64,000 bases of DNA from an uncultured delta proteobacterium (GTDB lineage Bacteria; Desulfobacterota; Desulfuromonadia; Geobacterales; Pseudopelobacteraceae): contig CAVYYZ010000008.1 in the NCBI GenBank assembly GCA_963772835.1, positions 64,001 through 128,000 on the forward strand, read 5' to 3'. Shown here piece after piece: positions 42,172 through 53,005 of the stretch. Position 1 is the stretch's first letter. Each line of letters starts with the position of its first letter. The translations under genes were made by a program, and so were the position numbers. Below the pieces are notes generated by a model. It ran no database searches. It saw only the letters and a list, made by a program, of their open reading frames with translations, and was not told the DNA's origin.

Positions 42172-43371
42172 ATGAACAGCAAGCAATGGATTGACAGATC
42201 CGACAAATACATAATGAAAACCTATGGCCGCTACCCGATCGTTCCTGTCAGGGGAAAAGGGTGCCGGTTGTGGGATGTGGACGGCAAGGAGTATCTTGAC
42301 TTTCTTGGCGGTGTTGCGGTCAACAATCTGGGGCATTGCCACCCGAATGTTGTTGCAGCTCTCCAGAAACAGGCTGCAGAGATGATCCACTGTTCCAATT
42401 ACTACCAGATCCCGCAGCAGATCGAATTGGCGGAGCTGCTGTGCAATCACTCGTTTGCTGATAAAGCGTTCTTCTGCAACAGCGGCGCAGAAGCTAACGA
42501 GGCCGCAATTAAGCTGGCCCGTAAGTACAGCCGTGACACGTTCGGGCCGGAACGCTACGAAATAATTACCGCCACGGATTCCTTCCACGGGCGGACTATG
42601 GCCACGGTTTCTGCTACCGGCCAGGAGAAGGTACAGCGCTTTTTTGATCCGCTCCTGCACGGCTTCAAACATGTCCCTTTCAATGATGTGGCCGCGTTGG
42701 AAGCGGCAGTAACCCCGACGACCTGTGCCGTTATGCTCGAACCGATCCAGGGCGAAGGGGGGGTCAACATGCCTTCGGCCGACTATTTCCAGGCTGTACG
42801 GGAGATCTGTGACCGCCACGGGCTGCTGCTGATATTTGACGAGGTCCAGGTGGGGATGGGGCGTACCGGTACTCTCTTTGCCTATGAACATTTCGATGTG
42901 GCACCCGATATTATGACGCTGGCCAAAGCATTGGCCGGTGGCGCCCCCATCGGTACAATGCTGGCCAGGGACAGATTTGCAGCCGCCTTTGTCCCCGGCA
43001 CCCACGGGTCAACCTTTGGCGGTAATCCACTGGTGTGCGCCGCGGCCATCGCCACTGTCAGGACAATTCTGGAGGATGGTCTTCTTAACCGATGTGTTGA
43101 AATCGGCGAATACCTGACCGGTGAACTTGAAACCGTTGGCAGGAAATATCCGTTTGTCAGGGAAGTTCGCGGGGTTGGCCTGATGATCGGTATGGCGCTT
43201 GACATCCCTGCAGGTGATATCGTCAGGAAAGGGCACGAGCGGGGGGTACTCCTGAACGTGGTTCACGATACGGTGCTGCGTTTTGTGCCGCCGCTGGTGA
43301 TAACCCGTCAGGAGATCGATACGATGATAGCAATCCTTGACGGTATCTTTGCTGAGATTGAGGTTGAGTAA
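42172..43371 (+). CDS. argD: acetylornithine aminotransferase
   Basis: FCNSGAEANEAA, FHGRT, EPIQGEGG, DEVQ, HGSTFGGNP. Confidence 0.96.
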   Translation: MNSKQWIDRSDKYIMKTYGRYPIVPVRGKGCRLWDVDGKEYLDFLGGVAVNNLGHCHPNVVAALQKQAAEMIHCSNYYQIPQQIELAELLCNHSFADKAFFCNSGAEANEAAIKLARKYSRDTFGPERYEIITATDSFHGRTMATVSATGQEKVQRFFDPLLHGFKHVPFNDVAALEAAVTPTTCAVMLEPIQGEGGVNMPSADYFQAVREICDRHGLLLIFDEVQVGMGRTGTLFAYEHFDVAPDIMTLAKALAGGAPIGTMLARDRFAAAFVPGTHGSTFGGNPLVCAAAIATVRTILEDGLLNRCVEIGEYLTGELETVGRKYPFVREVRGVGLMIGMALDIPAGDIVRKGHERGVLLNVVHDTVLRFVPPLVITRQEIDTMIAILDGIFAEIEVE

Positions 43372-43417
43372 TTTAGCTATCGGACTATCTCACTGTATCC
43401 GGGTTAGGAGAGAATAG

Positions 43418-44329
43418 ATGACGCGACATTTTCTTGCATTGCATGATTATTCCAGGAATGAACTGGACGACCTGCTGATACTGGCCGCCGACCTGAAGAT
43501 CAAGTTGAAGAACGGTATTCCGCACAGGCTGCTCGACGGCAAAACGGTGGCACTGATTTTCGAGAAGTCATCCACCCGTACCAGGGTTTCATTCGAAGTA
43601 GGTGTTTACCAGTTAGGCGGGCATGGCCTGTTCATGCCATCCGGCACCTCCCAGATGGGTCGTGGTGAGCCGATCAAGGATAGTGCCCGTGTCATGTCCC
43701 GTTATTGCAACGGGGTAATGATCCGGACGTTCGGGCAGGAGATCGTTGAGGAATTTGCGCGTTTTTCCTCTGTTCCGATCATAAACGGTCTGACCGACCT
43801 GTTTCACCCCTGCCAGATCATGGCCGATATTCTGACGGTGATCGAACATAAAGGCGGGTATCAGGGATTGACTTTCGCCTGGGTGGGAGACGGCAACAAC
43901 ATGGCTAATACCTGGATCGAGGCGGCAGCAATCTTCGGATTTGAATTGCGTCTTGCCTGTCCTGCCGGGTATGAGCCGGACCGGAAAGTCATGGAATGGG
44001 CCGAGGCCAAGTCTCCCGGGCTGATTTCGCTGTCGACCGACCCGAAGGTGGCGGTGAGGGGCGCGGATGTCGTCAACACCGACGTCTGGGCAAGCATGGG
44101 GCAGGAGGCGGAACAGCACGAGCGCGAAATGGCATTTGCCGGCTATTGCCTGGACGATACACTGCTGGCTCTGGCAAAGCCGGATTGTGTAGTACTGCAC
44201 TGTCTTCCCGCACATCGCGGCGAGGAGATCTCCGATTCGGTTATCGAAGGGAAAAATTCTGTTGTCTGGGATGAAGCGGAGAATCGATTGCATATTCAGA
44301 AGGCCATTATGGCTGCTCTCATAAAATAA
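43418..44329 (+). CDS. argF: ornithine carbamoyltransferase
   Basis: [24 protein letters not shown]. Confidence 0.98.
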   Translation: MTRHFLALHDYSRNELDDLLILAADLKIKLKNGIPHRLLDGKTVALIFEKSSTRTRVSFEVGVYQLGGHGLFMPSGTSQMGRGEPIKDSARVMSRYCNGVMIRTFGQEIVEEFARFSSVPIINGLTDLFHPCQIMADILTVIEHKGGYQGLTFAWVGDGNNMANTWIEAAAIFGFELRLACPAGYEPDRKVMEWAEAKSPGLISLSTDPKVAVRGADVVNTDVWASMGQEAEQHEREMAFAGYCLDDTLLALAKPDCVVLHCLPAHRGEEISDSVIEGKNSVVWDEAENRLHIQKAIMAALIK

Positions 44330-44360
44330 ATGTGCGGTTATGCGTAAAAAGGAGAATGAA

Positions 44361-45590
44361 ATGGCAAAAACAAACAAACAGGAAATCAACAAGATCGTTC
44401 TGGCCTATTCGGGCGGGTTGGACACCTCCATTATCCTGAAATGGCTGAAAAATGAATATGGATGCAAAGTAGTTGCATTTTCGGCCGACCTTGGACAGGG
44501 GGAGGAGCTGGACCCGGTCCGCGAAAAAGCCCTGGCGACCGGAGCAGACAAGGTGTACATCGATGACCTGCGTGAGGAGTTCGTGCGTGACTTTGTTTTC
44601 CCGATGTTCCGTGCTAATGCCATTTACGAGGGACACTACCTGCTCGGCACCTCCATCGCCCGTCCTTTGATCGCCAAGCGCCAGATGGAAATCGCCGCAA
44701 AGGAAAAGTGCGATGCAGTGTCCCACGGTGCCACCGGCAAGGGGAACGATCAGGTCCGGTTTGAACTGGCCTACTACCACTTTAATCCGGCCATCAAGGT
44801 TATTGCCCCCTGGAGAATGTGGGATCTGAACAGCCGCCAGGCACTAATTGACTACGCCAAGAAGAATGATATTCCAATCCCTACCATTAAGAAGCGCCCC
44901 TGGTCGTCTGATCGAAATCTGCTGCATATCTCTTTTGAAGGTGGAATTCTGGAAGACACCTGGGCTGCAGCGCCGGAAGAGATGTATGTTCTGACAAAAT
45001 CACCGGAGAAAGCTCCCAACAAGGCGCAGTACGTGGAAATCGAGTTTAAAAACGGGAATGCCGTGGCCGTAGACGGGGAAAAAATGACTCCGGCGCAGCT
45101 TCTGGCGCACCTCAATTATCTTGGCGGCCAGCATGGCGTCGGGCGGGTTGACCTGCTGGAAAACCGTTCAGTAGGAATGAAGTCTCGCGGCGTTTACGAG
45201 ACCCCGGGCGGCACGATCCTCCGTGAAGCTCATTCGGCCGTAGAGCAGATCACCATGGACCGTGAAGTCATGCGTATCCGCGACAGCCTGATCCCCGAAT
45301 ATGCCAAACAGATCTACGCCGGCTACTGGTTCTCACCAGAGCGCCAGATGCTGCAGACACTGATTGACGATTCCCAGAAGTGCGTAAACGGCGTTGCCCG
45401 GGTCAAGCTGTACAAAGGGCTCTGCCGTACCGTCGGTCGCAAGTCCGACTCCGACTCTCTCTTCAACCTTGACTTTGCCACCTTTGAGAAGGATCAGGTA
45501 TTCAACCAGGCCGACGCCGAGGGGTTCATTAAGATAAACTCCCTGCGTCTGCGTATCCGTTCGCTGATGCAGGCTAATCGAAAGAAGTAA
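44361..45590 (+). CDS. argG: argininosuccinate synthase
   Basis: [33 protein letters not shown]. Confidence 0.98.
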   Translation: MAKTNKQEINKIVLAYSGGLDTSIILKWLKNEYGCKVVAFSADLGQGEELDPVREKALATGADKVYIDDLREEFVRDFVFPMFRANAIYEGHYLLGTSIARPLIAKRQMEIAAKEKCDAVSHGATGKGNDQVRFELAYYHFNPAIKVIAPWRMWDLNSRQALIDYAKKNDIPIPTIKKRPWSSDRNLLHISFEGGILEDTWAAAPEEMYVLTKSPEKAPNKAQYVEIEFKNGNAVAVDGEKMTPAQLLAHLNYLGGQHGVGRVDLLENRSVGMKSRGVYETPGGTILREAHSAVEQITMDREVMRIRDSLIPEYAKQIYAGYWFSPERQMLQTLIDDSQKCVNGVARVKLYKGLCRTVGRKSDSDSLFNLDFATFEKDQVFNQADAEGFIKINSLRLRIRSLMQANRKK

Positions 45591-45593
45591 GTA

Positions 45594-46055
45594 TTGACAA
45601 AAAAGCGCTTTAAGAAAGAGCATATCGTTACCTCGGTTGTGGCAGTTATCGTGGATAACGACGGGCGGGTTCTCCTGACCAGACGGAGTATCAAGCCGTT
45701 CCAGAACCTGTGGGTCATGCCTGGAGGCAAGATCGATCTGGGAGAGCCGATTCTGGAGGCGTTGAAGCGTGAAGTGCATGAAGAGGTAGGCCTGGAGATA
45801 GAAATCGAAGAGCTGATTGACGTTTTCGAACATCTCACTCCCGGTGAAGAGAATTGCCACTTTGTTATCCTCTATTACCGTTGCCACCCGCTTTATTGTG
45901 ATGTAGTCCATAACGAACGGGAGGTGGCCGAGGCTGTCTGGGTACCCTCACATGAGCTGGCCGGCTATGTCATGCCGGCCGGTGCGCGTTACATACTGGG
46001 AAAGGTGTTTCCGGAACTTTCTTTACAGATTGCCGCCACTGTCGCCGATGCCTGA
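45594..46055 (+). CDS. NUDIX hydrolase (MutT-like)
   Basis: WVMPGGKIDLGEPILEALKREVHEEVGL Nudix box; TTG start. Confidence 0.92.
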   Translation: MTKKRFKKEHIVTSVVAVIVDNDGRVLLTRRSIKPFQNLWVMPGGKIDLGEPILEALKREVHEEVGLEIEIEELIDVFEHLTPGEENCHFVILYYRCHPLYCDVVHNEREVAEAVWVPSHELAGYVMPAGARYILGKVFPELSLQIAATVADA

Positions 46056-47217
46056 AATTATCGATAAAAAAGTAAACCTCGAATTCCCGCTGGGGCATCA
46101 TCTGCACTGCATGATTGCTCAGATACCCAATCACCTCAAACGGGCGGATATCGGTTTTTGTCTGGTGGATCCCGAAGAAAAATGGCGTCAGATAAGCTCG
46201 GTACTGGATCTGGTGGCTACCGGGGAAGGGAACCTGAAAAAACTCCATTTTCTGCTGTTTCCGGAATCAAGCCTGCCCGCCTCACGCTTCGATGATATGC
46301 TGTCAGTAATTGAACGGCGATTTCGTCCGAACACGGTAACGGTGTTCGGTGTTGAGCACATACTGCTGAGCCGGTATCGGGACCTGCTGGAACGTTTTCG
46401 TGAGGATAACGCCGAGGCCATCAGCTTGGTGGATCACGATATCGATTCCGGCGATGTCCTGGATATGCCGGTCAACTGGTGCTGCATTGCCGTCAAGGAG
46501 GCTGACGGGCGACTGCGGGTATTCATTGAGGCAAAGAGCCACCCCTTCCACGGCGAGGAGTATATTGACACATTCCATGACCTGTACCGTGGCAGGCATT
46601 TCTATCTGTTCCGCTGCCGTCCGTCGTGCTTCAATTTCATGGCAATAATATGTCTGGATTACCTGTATCGCGATCTGTACACGTCAAACATACAGCAGAT
46701 AGTCGATCATGCCAACCGGCTCTTCTTTAACACCCGGCAGGGGCTTGACGCACTGTTCGTTGCCCAGTGCAACCCAAAACCGGAACATCGCTCGTATCGC
46801 AATGTGATAAGCGGATTCTACGGCGAATATCTTGAGGATACGCCCGGGGTTCGCGAGACGGTGACCGTTTTCGGGAATGTATCGGAGGAGTCCACGATCG
46901 AGGGCTCTCCTGCAGTGAACGCTTTCGGCAATTCGTTTGTTGTGATCAACCACAATCATCGTTTGGCACAGGTCTGCTTTTCAGAGTTTGTCACGGATGA
47001 CTTTGACGGAGCCCCGGTCTGCCGGCTGCGCTTTGGCAAGGGAACGCGGCTGCTCTATTTCAATCTGCCTCCGCAACACGAGAATGACCCGCGCACCTCG
47101 CGGGTGCCCCTCAAGATTCATGCTATCATGGCTGTCGATGATTCCGGTGTCTGGCGCAAGATCATTGCTGATGAACCGCCTGCCGGGTATGAGATCGAGC
47201 GGATTGACGACGTATAG
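46048..47217 (+). CDS. hypothetical protein, probable carbon-nitrogen hydrolase (nitrilase) fold
   Basis: Candidate triad motifs LLFPES (Glu), EAKSHP (Lys), IICLDY (Cys) in the canonical order. Confidence 0.6.
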   Translation: MPEIIDKKVNLEFPLGHHLHCMIAQIPNHLKRADIGFCLVDPEEKWRQISSVLDLVATGEGNLKKLHFLLFPESSLPASRFDDMLSVIERRFRPNTVTVFGVEHILLSRYRDLLERFREDNAEAISLVDHDIDSGDVLDMPVNWCCIAVKEADGRLRVFIEAKSHPFHGEEYIDTFHDLYRGRHFYLFRCRPSCFNFMAIICLDYLYRDLYTSNIQQIVDHANRLFFNTRQGLDALFVAQCNPKPEHRSYRNVISGFYGEYLEDTPGVRETVTVFGNVSEESTIEGSPAVNAFGNSFVVINHNHRLAQVCFSEFVTDDFDGAPVCRLRFGKGTRLLYFNLPPQHENDPRTSRVPLKIHAIMAVDDSGVWRKIIADEPPAGYEIERIDDV

Positions 47218-47334
47218 GTCTTTGTCTCGGCATGAATTCCCGAAAACAGGGCGACTCCACTTTGATTTATTATTATTTTCGCGTATAGTGCTCAACCATC
47301 AACGTTACTATCAGGCAGAAGGAAACATTTCATC

Positions 47335-48711
47335 ATGTCCAAAGACAAACTGTGGGGCGGCCGATTTACTCAGCCCACCGACAAATTCGTGGAGGAGTTC
47401 ACCGCTTCCATCCAATTCGACAAGCGCCTGTATCATCAGGACATCCGTGGATCCATCGCTCATGCCCGCATGCTGGGCAAACAGGGGATCATCCCGCTCG
47501 AAGACGTTGAGCAGATCGTTCACGGGCTGCATACCATACTGGGGCAGATAGAGGCCGGTGAGTTCGATTTCTCCATCAGTCTTGAAGATATCCATATGAA
47601 CATCGAGTCGCGCCTGTCGGCGGCAATCGGTGAAGCCGGCAAGCGTCTGCACACCGGCCGTTCGCGCAACGACCAGGTAGCGCTGGATATCCGGCTGTAC
47701 CTGCGGGACGAGATTGTTGAGATTACAACGTATCTCGACATGCTGATTGATTCTCTGCTGGTGCAGGCTGAAGCACATCTGGATACGCGTATGCCCGGTT
47801 TCACCCATCTTCAGACGGCACAGCCGATCCTCTTTGCCCATCACCTGATGGCGTATGTCGAGATGTTCAAACGCGACAAGGGGCGTCTGGACGATTGCCT
47901 TACACGGGTCAATGTGCTCCCTCTGGGAGCCGGGGCGCTGGCAGGTACGACCTTCCCGATCGACCGTGAATATGTTGCCGAGCAGCTTGATTTTCCGGCG
48001 ATAACCCGCAACTCGCTCGACGCGGTTTCCGATCGTGACTTCGCCCTGGAATTTCTTGCGGACGCCTCAATCCTGATGATGCATCTATCCCGTTTCTCGG
48101 AAGAATTGATTCTCTGGTCAACCAGCGCATTTCAATTCATCGAATTGTCGGATGGCTTCTGCACCGGGTCATCAATCATGCCCCAGAAAAAGAATCCGGA
48201 CGTGCCTGAGCTGGTGCGGGGCAAAACCGGACGCGTCTATGGCAATCTGATGGCGTTGCTGACGACCATGAAGGCCCTGCCGCTGGCCTATAACAAAGAT
48301 ATGCAGGAGGACAAGGAGCCTCTCTTTGATACTATTGACACGGTCAAAGGCTGCCTCAAGATATTTGCCGATATGATACGTCACATGCGGGTGAATGTCG
48401 TCAATATGGGTAATGCCGCCGGCCAGGGGTTTTCGACGGCCACTGATGTCGCTGATTATCTGGTACGCAAGGGTCTGCCCTTCCGTGACGCCCATGAGGT
48501 GGTCGGTAAGTCGGTTGCGTATTGTGTGGAACACCGGAAGGATATTACCGAATTATCGTTGTCAGAATGGCAGACGTTTTCGGTAATAATCGGAAATGAT
48601 ATCTTCGAATGTATTACCGTTGAGGCCAGTATCAACGCCCGTAACGTCCCCGGCGGCACAGCTCGTGAGCGCGTATGGAGTGAGATTCAGAGCGTGCGAG
48701 CGGGGAACTGA
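47335..48711 (+). CDS. argH: argininosuccinate lyase
   Basis: [36 protein letters not shown]. Confidence 0.98.
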   Translation: MSKDKLWGGRFTQPTDKFVEEFTASIQFDKRLYHQDIRGSIAHARMLGKQGIIPLEDVEQIVHGLHTILGQIEAGEFDFSISLEDIHMNIESRLSAAIGEAGKRLHTGRSRNDQVALDIRLYLRDEIVEITTYLDMLIDSLLVQAEAHLDTRMPGFTHLQTAQPILFAHHLMAYVEMFKRDKGRLDDCLTRVNVLPLGAGALAGTTFPIDREYVAEQLDFPAITRNSLDAVSDRDFALEFLADASILMMHLSRFSEELILWSTSAFQFIELSDGFCTGSSIMPQKKNPDVPELVRGKTGRVYGNLMALLTTMKALPLAYNKDMQEDKEPLFDTIDTVKGCLKIFADMIRHMRVNVVNMGNAAGQGFSTATDVADYLVRKGLPFRDAHEVVGKSVAYCVEHRKDITELSLSEWQTFSVIIGNDIFECITVEASINARNVPGGTARERVWSEIQSVRAGN

Positions 48712-48717
48712 CGTACA

Positions 48718-49593
48718 ATGTATTGTGACTTTTTCGGTTTTTCTGAAAAACCATTCACGATTACCCCTAATCCGCATTTTGTATTTTTGAGCAGTATTCA
48801 CCGCGAGGCATTTGCCCGTTTACTGTACGGAGTCGATAGCCATGCCGGCTTCATCGCTCTGACGGGTGAAGTTGGCACCGGCAAGACAACCATGCTTCGC
48901 ACACTGTTGACTCAACTCGATTCAGAGAAGTACACCAGTGCCCTTATCTTCAATCCCTGCATGTCTGCTGAGCAGCTTCTTGCCGCCATATGCCGGGAGT
49001 TCGGCATCGAGTCCGGCGAGAAGAACCGTTTCGGCTATCTTGATGCTCTTAACTCTTTTCTGATTGCGCAGAATAGCACTGGCCGGACGGTTATCCTTGT
49101 TATTGACGAAGCCCAGAATCTGGAGCCGGATGTCCTTGAGCAGGTACGGATGATCTCCAATCTGGAGACGGAACGGGACAAGCTGATCCAGATCATCCTG
49201 GCCGGCCAGCCGGAACTGAATGGAATCCTCCGCCAACATAACCTGCGCCAGCTTAATCAGCGTATCACCGTCCGGTGCCGGCTTACGCCGATGAAGCTTG
49301 ATGACACCGCCAGTTATATCAAACACCGCCTTAAAATATCAGGGAGCCGGATTCCGGACTTATTCTCCTCCGCTGCGATAAAGAGAATCTATCGCTTTTC
49401 ACGCGGCATACCCCGGTTGATAAATGTGGCATGCGAACAGTCACTCGTGATGGCCTGGACCCGGGAGACACACTATGTAACACCTGAAATTGCTGTTGAA
49501 ATTATTGCAGAACTTCAACCTGTTGATGAATGTGAAGGATACTGGGAAGGGCTCTGGTTCCGAATTTCACGTTGGCTTTTTGCCGGAAAGTGA
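48718..49593 (+). CDS. ExeA/GspA-family AAA ATPase
   Basis: PFTITPNP, TGEVGTGKTT, IDEAQNL, LAGQPEL, GIPRLIN. Confidence 0.9.
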   Translation: MYCDFFGFSEKPFTITPNPHFVFLSSIHREAFARLLYGVDSHAGFIALTGEVGTGKTTMLRTLLTQLDSEKYTSALIFNPCMSAEQLLAAICREFGIESGEKNRFGYLDALNSFLIAQNSTGRTVILVIDEAQNLEPDVLEQVRMISNLETERDKLIQIILAGQPELNGILRQHNLRQLNQRITVRCRLTPMKLDDTASYIKHRLKISGSRIPDLFSSAAIKRIYRFSRGIPRLINVACEQSLVMAWTRETHYVTPEIAVEIIAELQPVDECEGYWEGLWFRISRWLFAGK

Positions 49594-49602
49594 TCTGACC
49601 GT

Positions 49603-50295
49603 ATGAGTTATATACTTGATGCCCTGAAAAAAATTGAGCATGAAAAAAACAAAAAAGCGAGGCCGGATGGAAGGGTCAGCATTTCCGGCGATCTGTTTCA
49701 GGAGCGGCAGCGCCCCGCAGTACAAGCCGGAAAATGGAAGTTCCTGGTGCTTATCCTTCTGGCATCGCTGGTGACTTTTGCGGGTACCTGGTTTGTATTT
49801 CAAGGAAACAGCACAAAGAGCGCAAATGTTGTCCGGCCGGTTGCCCCGCCGCTCCCGGTTTCCGTACCTTCTCCTGTCGAGATGCGTGCTGTCACGCCCC
49901 AGGTTTCTCCCGTTGCAGTGCCTCCTGAAGTCCCGGCCACTCCGGTTGCCGTCGTGCAGAAAAATACAGAGACTGTTGCAGATGATGATTCTCCCGCCCA
50001 CACTGTCAGGCACCCAAAAAAACGGACCAAACGTCACATCTCCCCGCCGGATCATCCTGTGCAAACGGTTCAAATGGTTCAGGCACCAGCCGGCATCATG
50101 CTGTCCGGGATCGCCTGGCAGGATGAGCGTACCGCCCGAAGAGCGGTCGTCAACGGCTTTCTGCTGAAGGAAGGTGCCGCCGTTTCGGGAGCAGTCATCA
50201 GTGATATTCAGACTGACCGGGTCCGTTTCTCTTCATCCGCGGGAATATTTGAAATAAAGCTGGATGCGGTATTACCTGCAGGGGCACAGCGATGA
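49603..50295 (+). CDS. GspB/ExeB-like protein
   Basis: MSYILDALKK start, single TM helix, Pro-rich linker, LSGIAW...AVVNG C-terminal domain. Confidence 0.8.
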   Translation: MSYILDALKKIEHEKNKKARPDGRVSISGDLFQERQRPAVQAGKWKFLVLILLASLVTFAGTWFVFQGNSTKSANVVRPVAPPLPVSVPSPVEMRAVTPQVSPVAVPPEVPATPVAVVQKNTETVADDDSPAHTVRHPKKRTKRHISPPDHPVQTVQMVQAPAGIMLSGIAWQDERTARRAVVNGFLLKEGAAVSGAVISDIQTDRVRFSSSAGIFEIKLDAVLPAGAQR

Positions 50296-51062
50296 GTGGA
50301 TTCTGGCGATCACTGCTGGTTGTTGGATTATCTGTCATGACAACCGCCTGCGGCAGAAAAGGGCCGTTGATTTATCCCGATATGCTCGTCCCGGCTGCCC
50401 CGTCTGCAGTTACAGCACAGCAGAGAGGTGCCGCGGTAAAACTTCAATTCACCCTTCCTGATAAGGACCGCGCCGGGAGGGCCGTTCAGGGTGTGGCAGG
50501 TGTGAAAATCAGCAGGCTTGCGGCCGAGACGGTCCAGAATGATGTGTGCCGATCCTGTATGACGGATTTCCGATTGTTTAGAACACTCTATCTTGAAAAC
50601 CTTCAGGCGGATACCCAGCGTTTCGGAAGCCTGCTGATTCTGCTTGACAGTGATGTCAGTGCAGGTAACTCCTATTCCTACAGTATCGTTCCATTCACTT
50701 CGGATACCATTGATGGCGCCTCATCGGCAGTTGCGACCGTCCGTATGGCCACGGTGTTTCCTGCACCGGCCATAAAAATAGAGTCGTATCCTACAGAAGT
50801 GAAACTTCTGATTTCCATTCAGCCGCAGGTATCAGGACGCGTACTCGGCTTCAACCTGTACCGGTCATCTGGAACGTCTGCCCACTCTTTTCAGCCGCTA
50901 AACAGAGAAATGGTGAATGGTAACGAGTATATTGATGCCACTCTTGAGCGGAACGTGAAGTACCGCTATCTGGCCAGGGCACTGGTACTGCAGGTATCGG
51001 GAGATGTTGCGGAAAGCCTTGAATCGCCGGAGGTGGAGGGGATGTTAAAGAACGACGAATAA
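50292..51062 (+). CDS. lipoprotein with fibronectin type III-like domains
   Basis: Lipobox TAC followed by GRKGPL; YSYSI and GFNLYR...YRY Fn3-like motifs. Confidence 0.75.
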   Translation: MSGFWRSLLVVGLSVMTTACGRKGPLIYPDMLVPAAPSAVTAQQRGAAVKLQFTLPDKDRAGRAVQGVAGVKISRLAAETVQNDVCRSCMTDFRLFRTLYLENLQADTQRFGSLLILLDSDVSAGNSYSYSIVPFTSDTIDGASSAVATVRMATVFPAPAIKIESYPTEVKLLISIQPQVSGRVLGFNLYRSSGTSAHSFQPLNREMVNGNEYIDATLERNVKYRYLARALVLQVSGDVAESLESPEVEGMLKNDE

Positions 51063-51091
51063 CTCTCTGAATCAATCAGTCGCAGATATGA

Positions 51092-51131
51092 AACGAGCAA
51101 GGGCATCCACGTGTGGATGCCCTTGCTCGTT
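51092..51131. terminator. perfect 19-bp inverted repeat, probable terminator or stabiliser
   Basis: AACGAGCAAGGGCATCCAC-GT-GTGGATGCCCTTGCTCGTT. Confidence 0.6.
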
Positions 51132-51230
51132 AAACAGCAGTCATTCAGGTGAGCCGATATGGCAACACGACTCAATGCTTCTGAGGGCATAGAATGCCTC
51201 GACTTCTCGTAACTGATCTACATGTGCAAC

Positions 51231-51262
51231 AAAAAAGCGGCACCCTGAAAAGGGTGCCGCTT
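51231..51262 (-). terminator. Rho-independent terminator after atpE
   Basis: AAGCGGCACCCT/AGGGTGCCGCTT hairpin followed by a T run on the minus strand. Confidence 0.85.
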
Positions 51263-51287
51263 AGGTTGAAGCAATGTCAGTTAAAAA

Positions 51288-51563
51288 TTACTTGGCAACA
51301 GTTTCAGCAAGTTTCAAAGCGATATCTTTGTAAGGGTTGGCGAACAGGATGATCAGGCAGACAACCAGTGCATAGATTGCGAGGGACTCGATCATGGCCA
51401 GACCGATCATCATGGTGGTCAGGATCTTCCCGGAAGCGCCGGGATTGCGTGAAACGCCTTCAACGGCGCTTTTGACTGCGAGACCCTGGCCAATGCCGGT
51501 GCCTATGGTGCCCAGTGCCATACCAATACCTGCTGCAAGAACGCACATCGTGAAAAAGTTCAT
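51288..51563 (-). CDS. atpE: ATP synthase Fo subunit c
   Basis: GTGIGQG, RNP loop, GLAMIESLAIY. Confidence 0.97.
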   Translation of the reverse strand: MNFFTMCVLAAGIGMALGTIGTGIGQGLAVKSAVEGVSRNPGASGKILTTMMIGLAMIESLAIYALVVCLIILFANPYKDIALKLAETVAK

Positions 51564-51624
51564 CTTTACTACCTCCGTATGGGTTTTGTCTCCTAAACTG
51601 TATAGGAGTATTTGAGATTGATAA

Positions 51625-52314
51625 TCAGTGTGCGTGCTCCAGCGAACCCTGGATATAGATCATGGCCAGGAGCATAAACACAAAAGCCTGGATGAATGAT
51701 ACCAGTACACCCATCAACATCATCGGCAGGGGAACGAGGAATGGTGCCAGGCCGAAGAAAATCATCAGTACGAGCTCGTGGCCGTTCATGTTGCCGAACA
51801 GACGCAGTGTCAGCGAAACCGGGCGGCTCAGGTGGCCGATAACTTCAATGAAGAACATTACCGGGGCCAGCCAGGCGATTGGTCCGAGGAAGTGCTTTAT
51901 GTAGCCGAATCCGTGATGTTTGATCCCGACTACATGAGTTGAGATGAAAACGATTACCGCACAGGCTGCCGTCGTGTTTATGTTGGCGGTCGGCGGGAAA
52001 AAACCGGGGATCAGTCCGATAAGGTTGGATACAAGCACAAATATCGCGAGCGTGGCGATCAGCGGGAAGAAGGGGCGGCCATGTTCTCCCATTGTGTCGA
52101 CGATCATGGTTTCAATACCACCGATGACGGCTTCCATGAAGTTCTGTACCCCGCTTGGAATCGACTTGAGTGCCGATGTGGCCAGCAGCGAAAGAATCAG
52201 CAGCAGCACAATTATCAGCCAAGTGTAGGCGATCGCATCGGCGCTTGCTCCGGTTATGTGGAGCGGCGCAAGCAGTGTGCGGAAAAACTCGAGAAACAGT
52301 AACGGGTGAACCAT
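51625..52314 (-). CDS. atpB: ATP synthase Fo subunit a
   Basis: [33 protein letters not shown]. Confidence 0.97.
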   Translation of the reverse strand: MVHPLLFLEFFRTLLAPLHITGASADAIAYTWLIIVLLLILSLLATSALKSIPSGVQNFMEAVIGGIETMIVDTMGEHGRPFFPLIATLAIFVLVSNLIGLIPGFFPPTANINTTAACAVIVFISTHVVGIKHHGFGYIKHFLGPIAWLAPVMFFIEVIGHLSRPVSLTLRLFGNMNGHELVLMIFFGLAPFLVPLPMMLMGVLVSFIQAFVFMLLAMIYIQGSLEHAH

Positions 52315-52318
52315 TGAG

Positions 52319-52699
52319 CTAGCCTCCTGCGCACAGGGCGCTGTATAGTGAAAGTGCAATAATATTGATTACAATAACGGAAAGTCCGACAAAAAGCCCG
52401 GCCAGTGAAAACCACCCGGACGTTATAATGAAATAGATCAGCAGTCCGGTCAGACTCAGCCGGGCGATGAACCTGAGTTGAGCGTACATTGATGCTTTCG
52501 CCGGCAACTGACCGAGAATCCGTTGCAGAACGTTACGGATCCAGAAAAAATTGGCAATCGCGATGCATCCGCCAGCCAGTACACCAAGGCCTGCTCTTTG
52601 CGAAAACAGAGCCCACCCGGCCATGGTTAGAAAAGCCAGCAGCCCCAGACTTCCCTTGATGATGACAGCAAAGAGGTTATCCTCATTGATCGCTATCAT
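52319..52699 (-). CDS. atpI: ATP synthase protein I
   Basis: Four-TM protein directly upstream of atpB. Confidence 0.75.
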   Translation of the reverse strand: MIAINEDNLFAVIIKGSLGLLAFLTMAGWALFSQRAGLGVLAGGCIAIANFFWIRNVLQRILGQLPAKASMYAQLRFIARLSLTGLLIYFIITSGWFSLAGLFVGLSVIVINIIALSLYSALCAGG

Positions 52700-52919
52700 C
52701 ACTTTTGCGGATCTCCCTGCCGGCGATAACGTACACATTCTTGAAACCGGCGGCAATCCCGATAAACAGAAAAATATAAAAGAACCATGGTTTCGTGCCA
52801 AGCCAGCGGTCAAGGGTCAAACCAAACCAGACCCCGATGACAATCGCCAGTACAACGGAGATGCCCATGCTGGAAACCATTGCAAGGCTCTGGAAAAGCT
52901 GACGTTTAGTACCTGTCAT
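52683..52919 (-). CDS. atpZ: AtpZ/AtpI (ATPase gene 1) family protein
   Basis: GVWFGLTLDRWLGTKPW...GIAAGF. Confidence 0.85.
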   Translation of the reverse strand: MTGTKRQLFQSLAMVSSMGISVVLAIVIGVWFGLTLDRWLGTKPWFFYIFLFIGIAAGFKNVYVIAGREIRKSDDSDQ

Positions 52920-53005
52920 GATAAACCCGGTAGTAGGCGTGCTTTAGAACCGGTATTCCATACCACAGGCAGAACTGATATGTCAAACAGAAACGAATAC
53001 ATATG

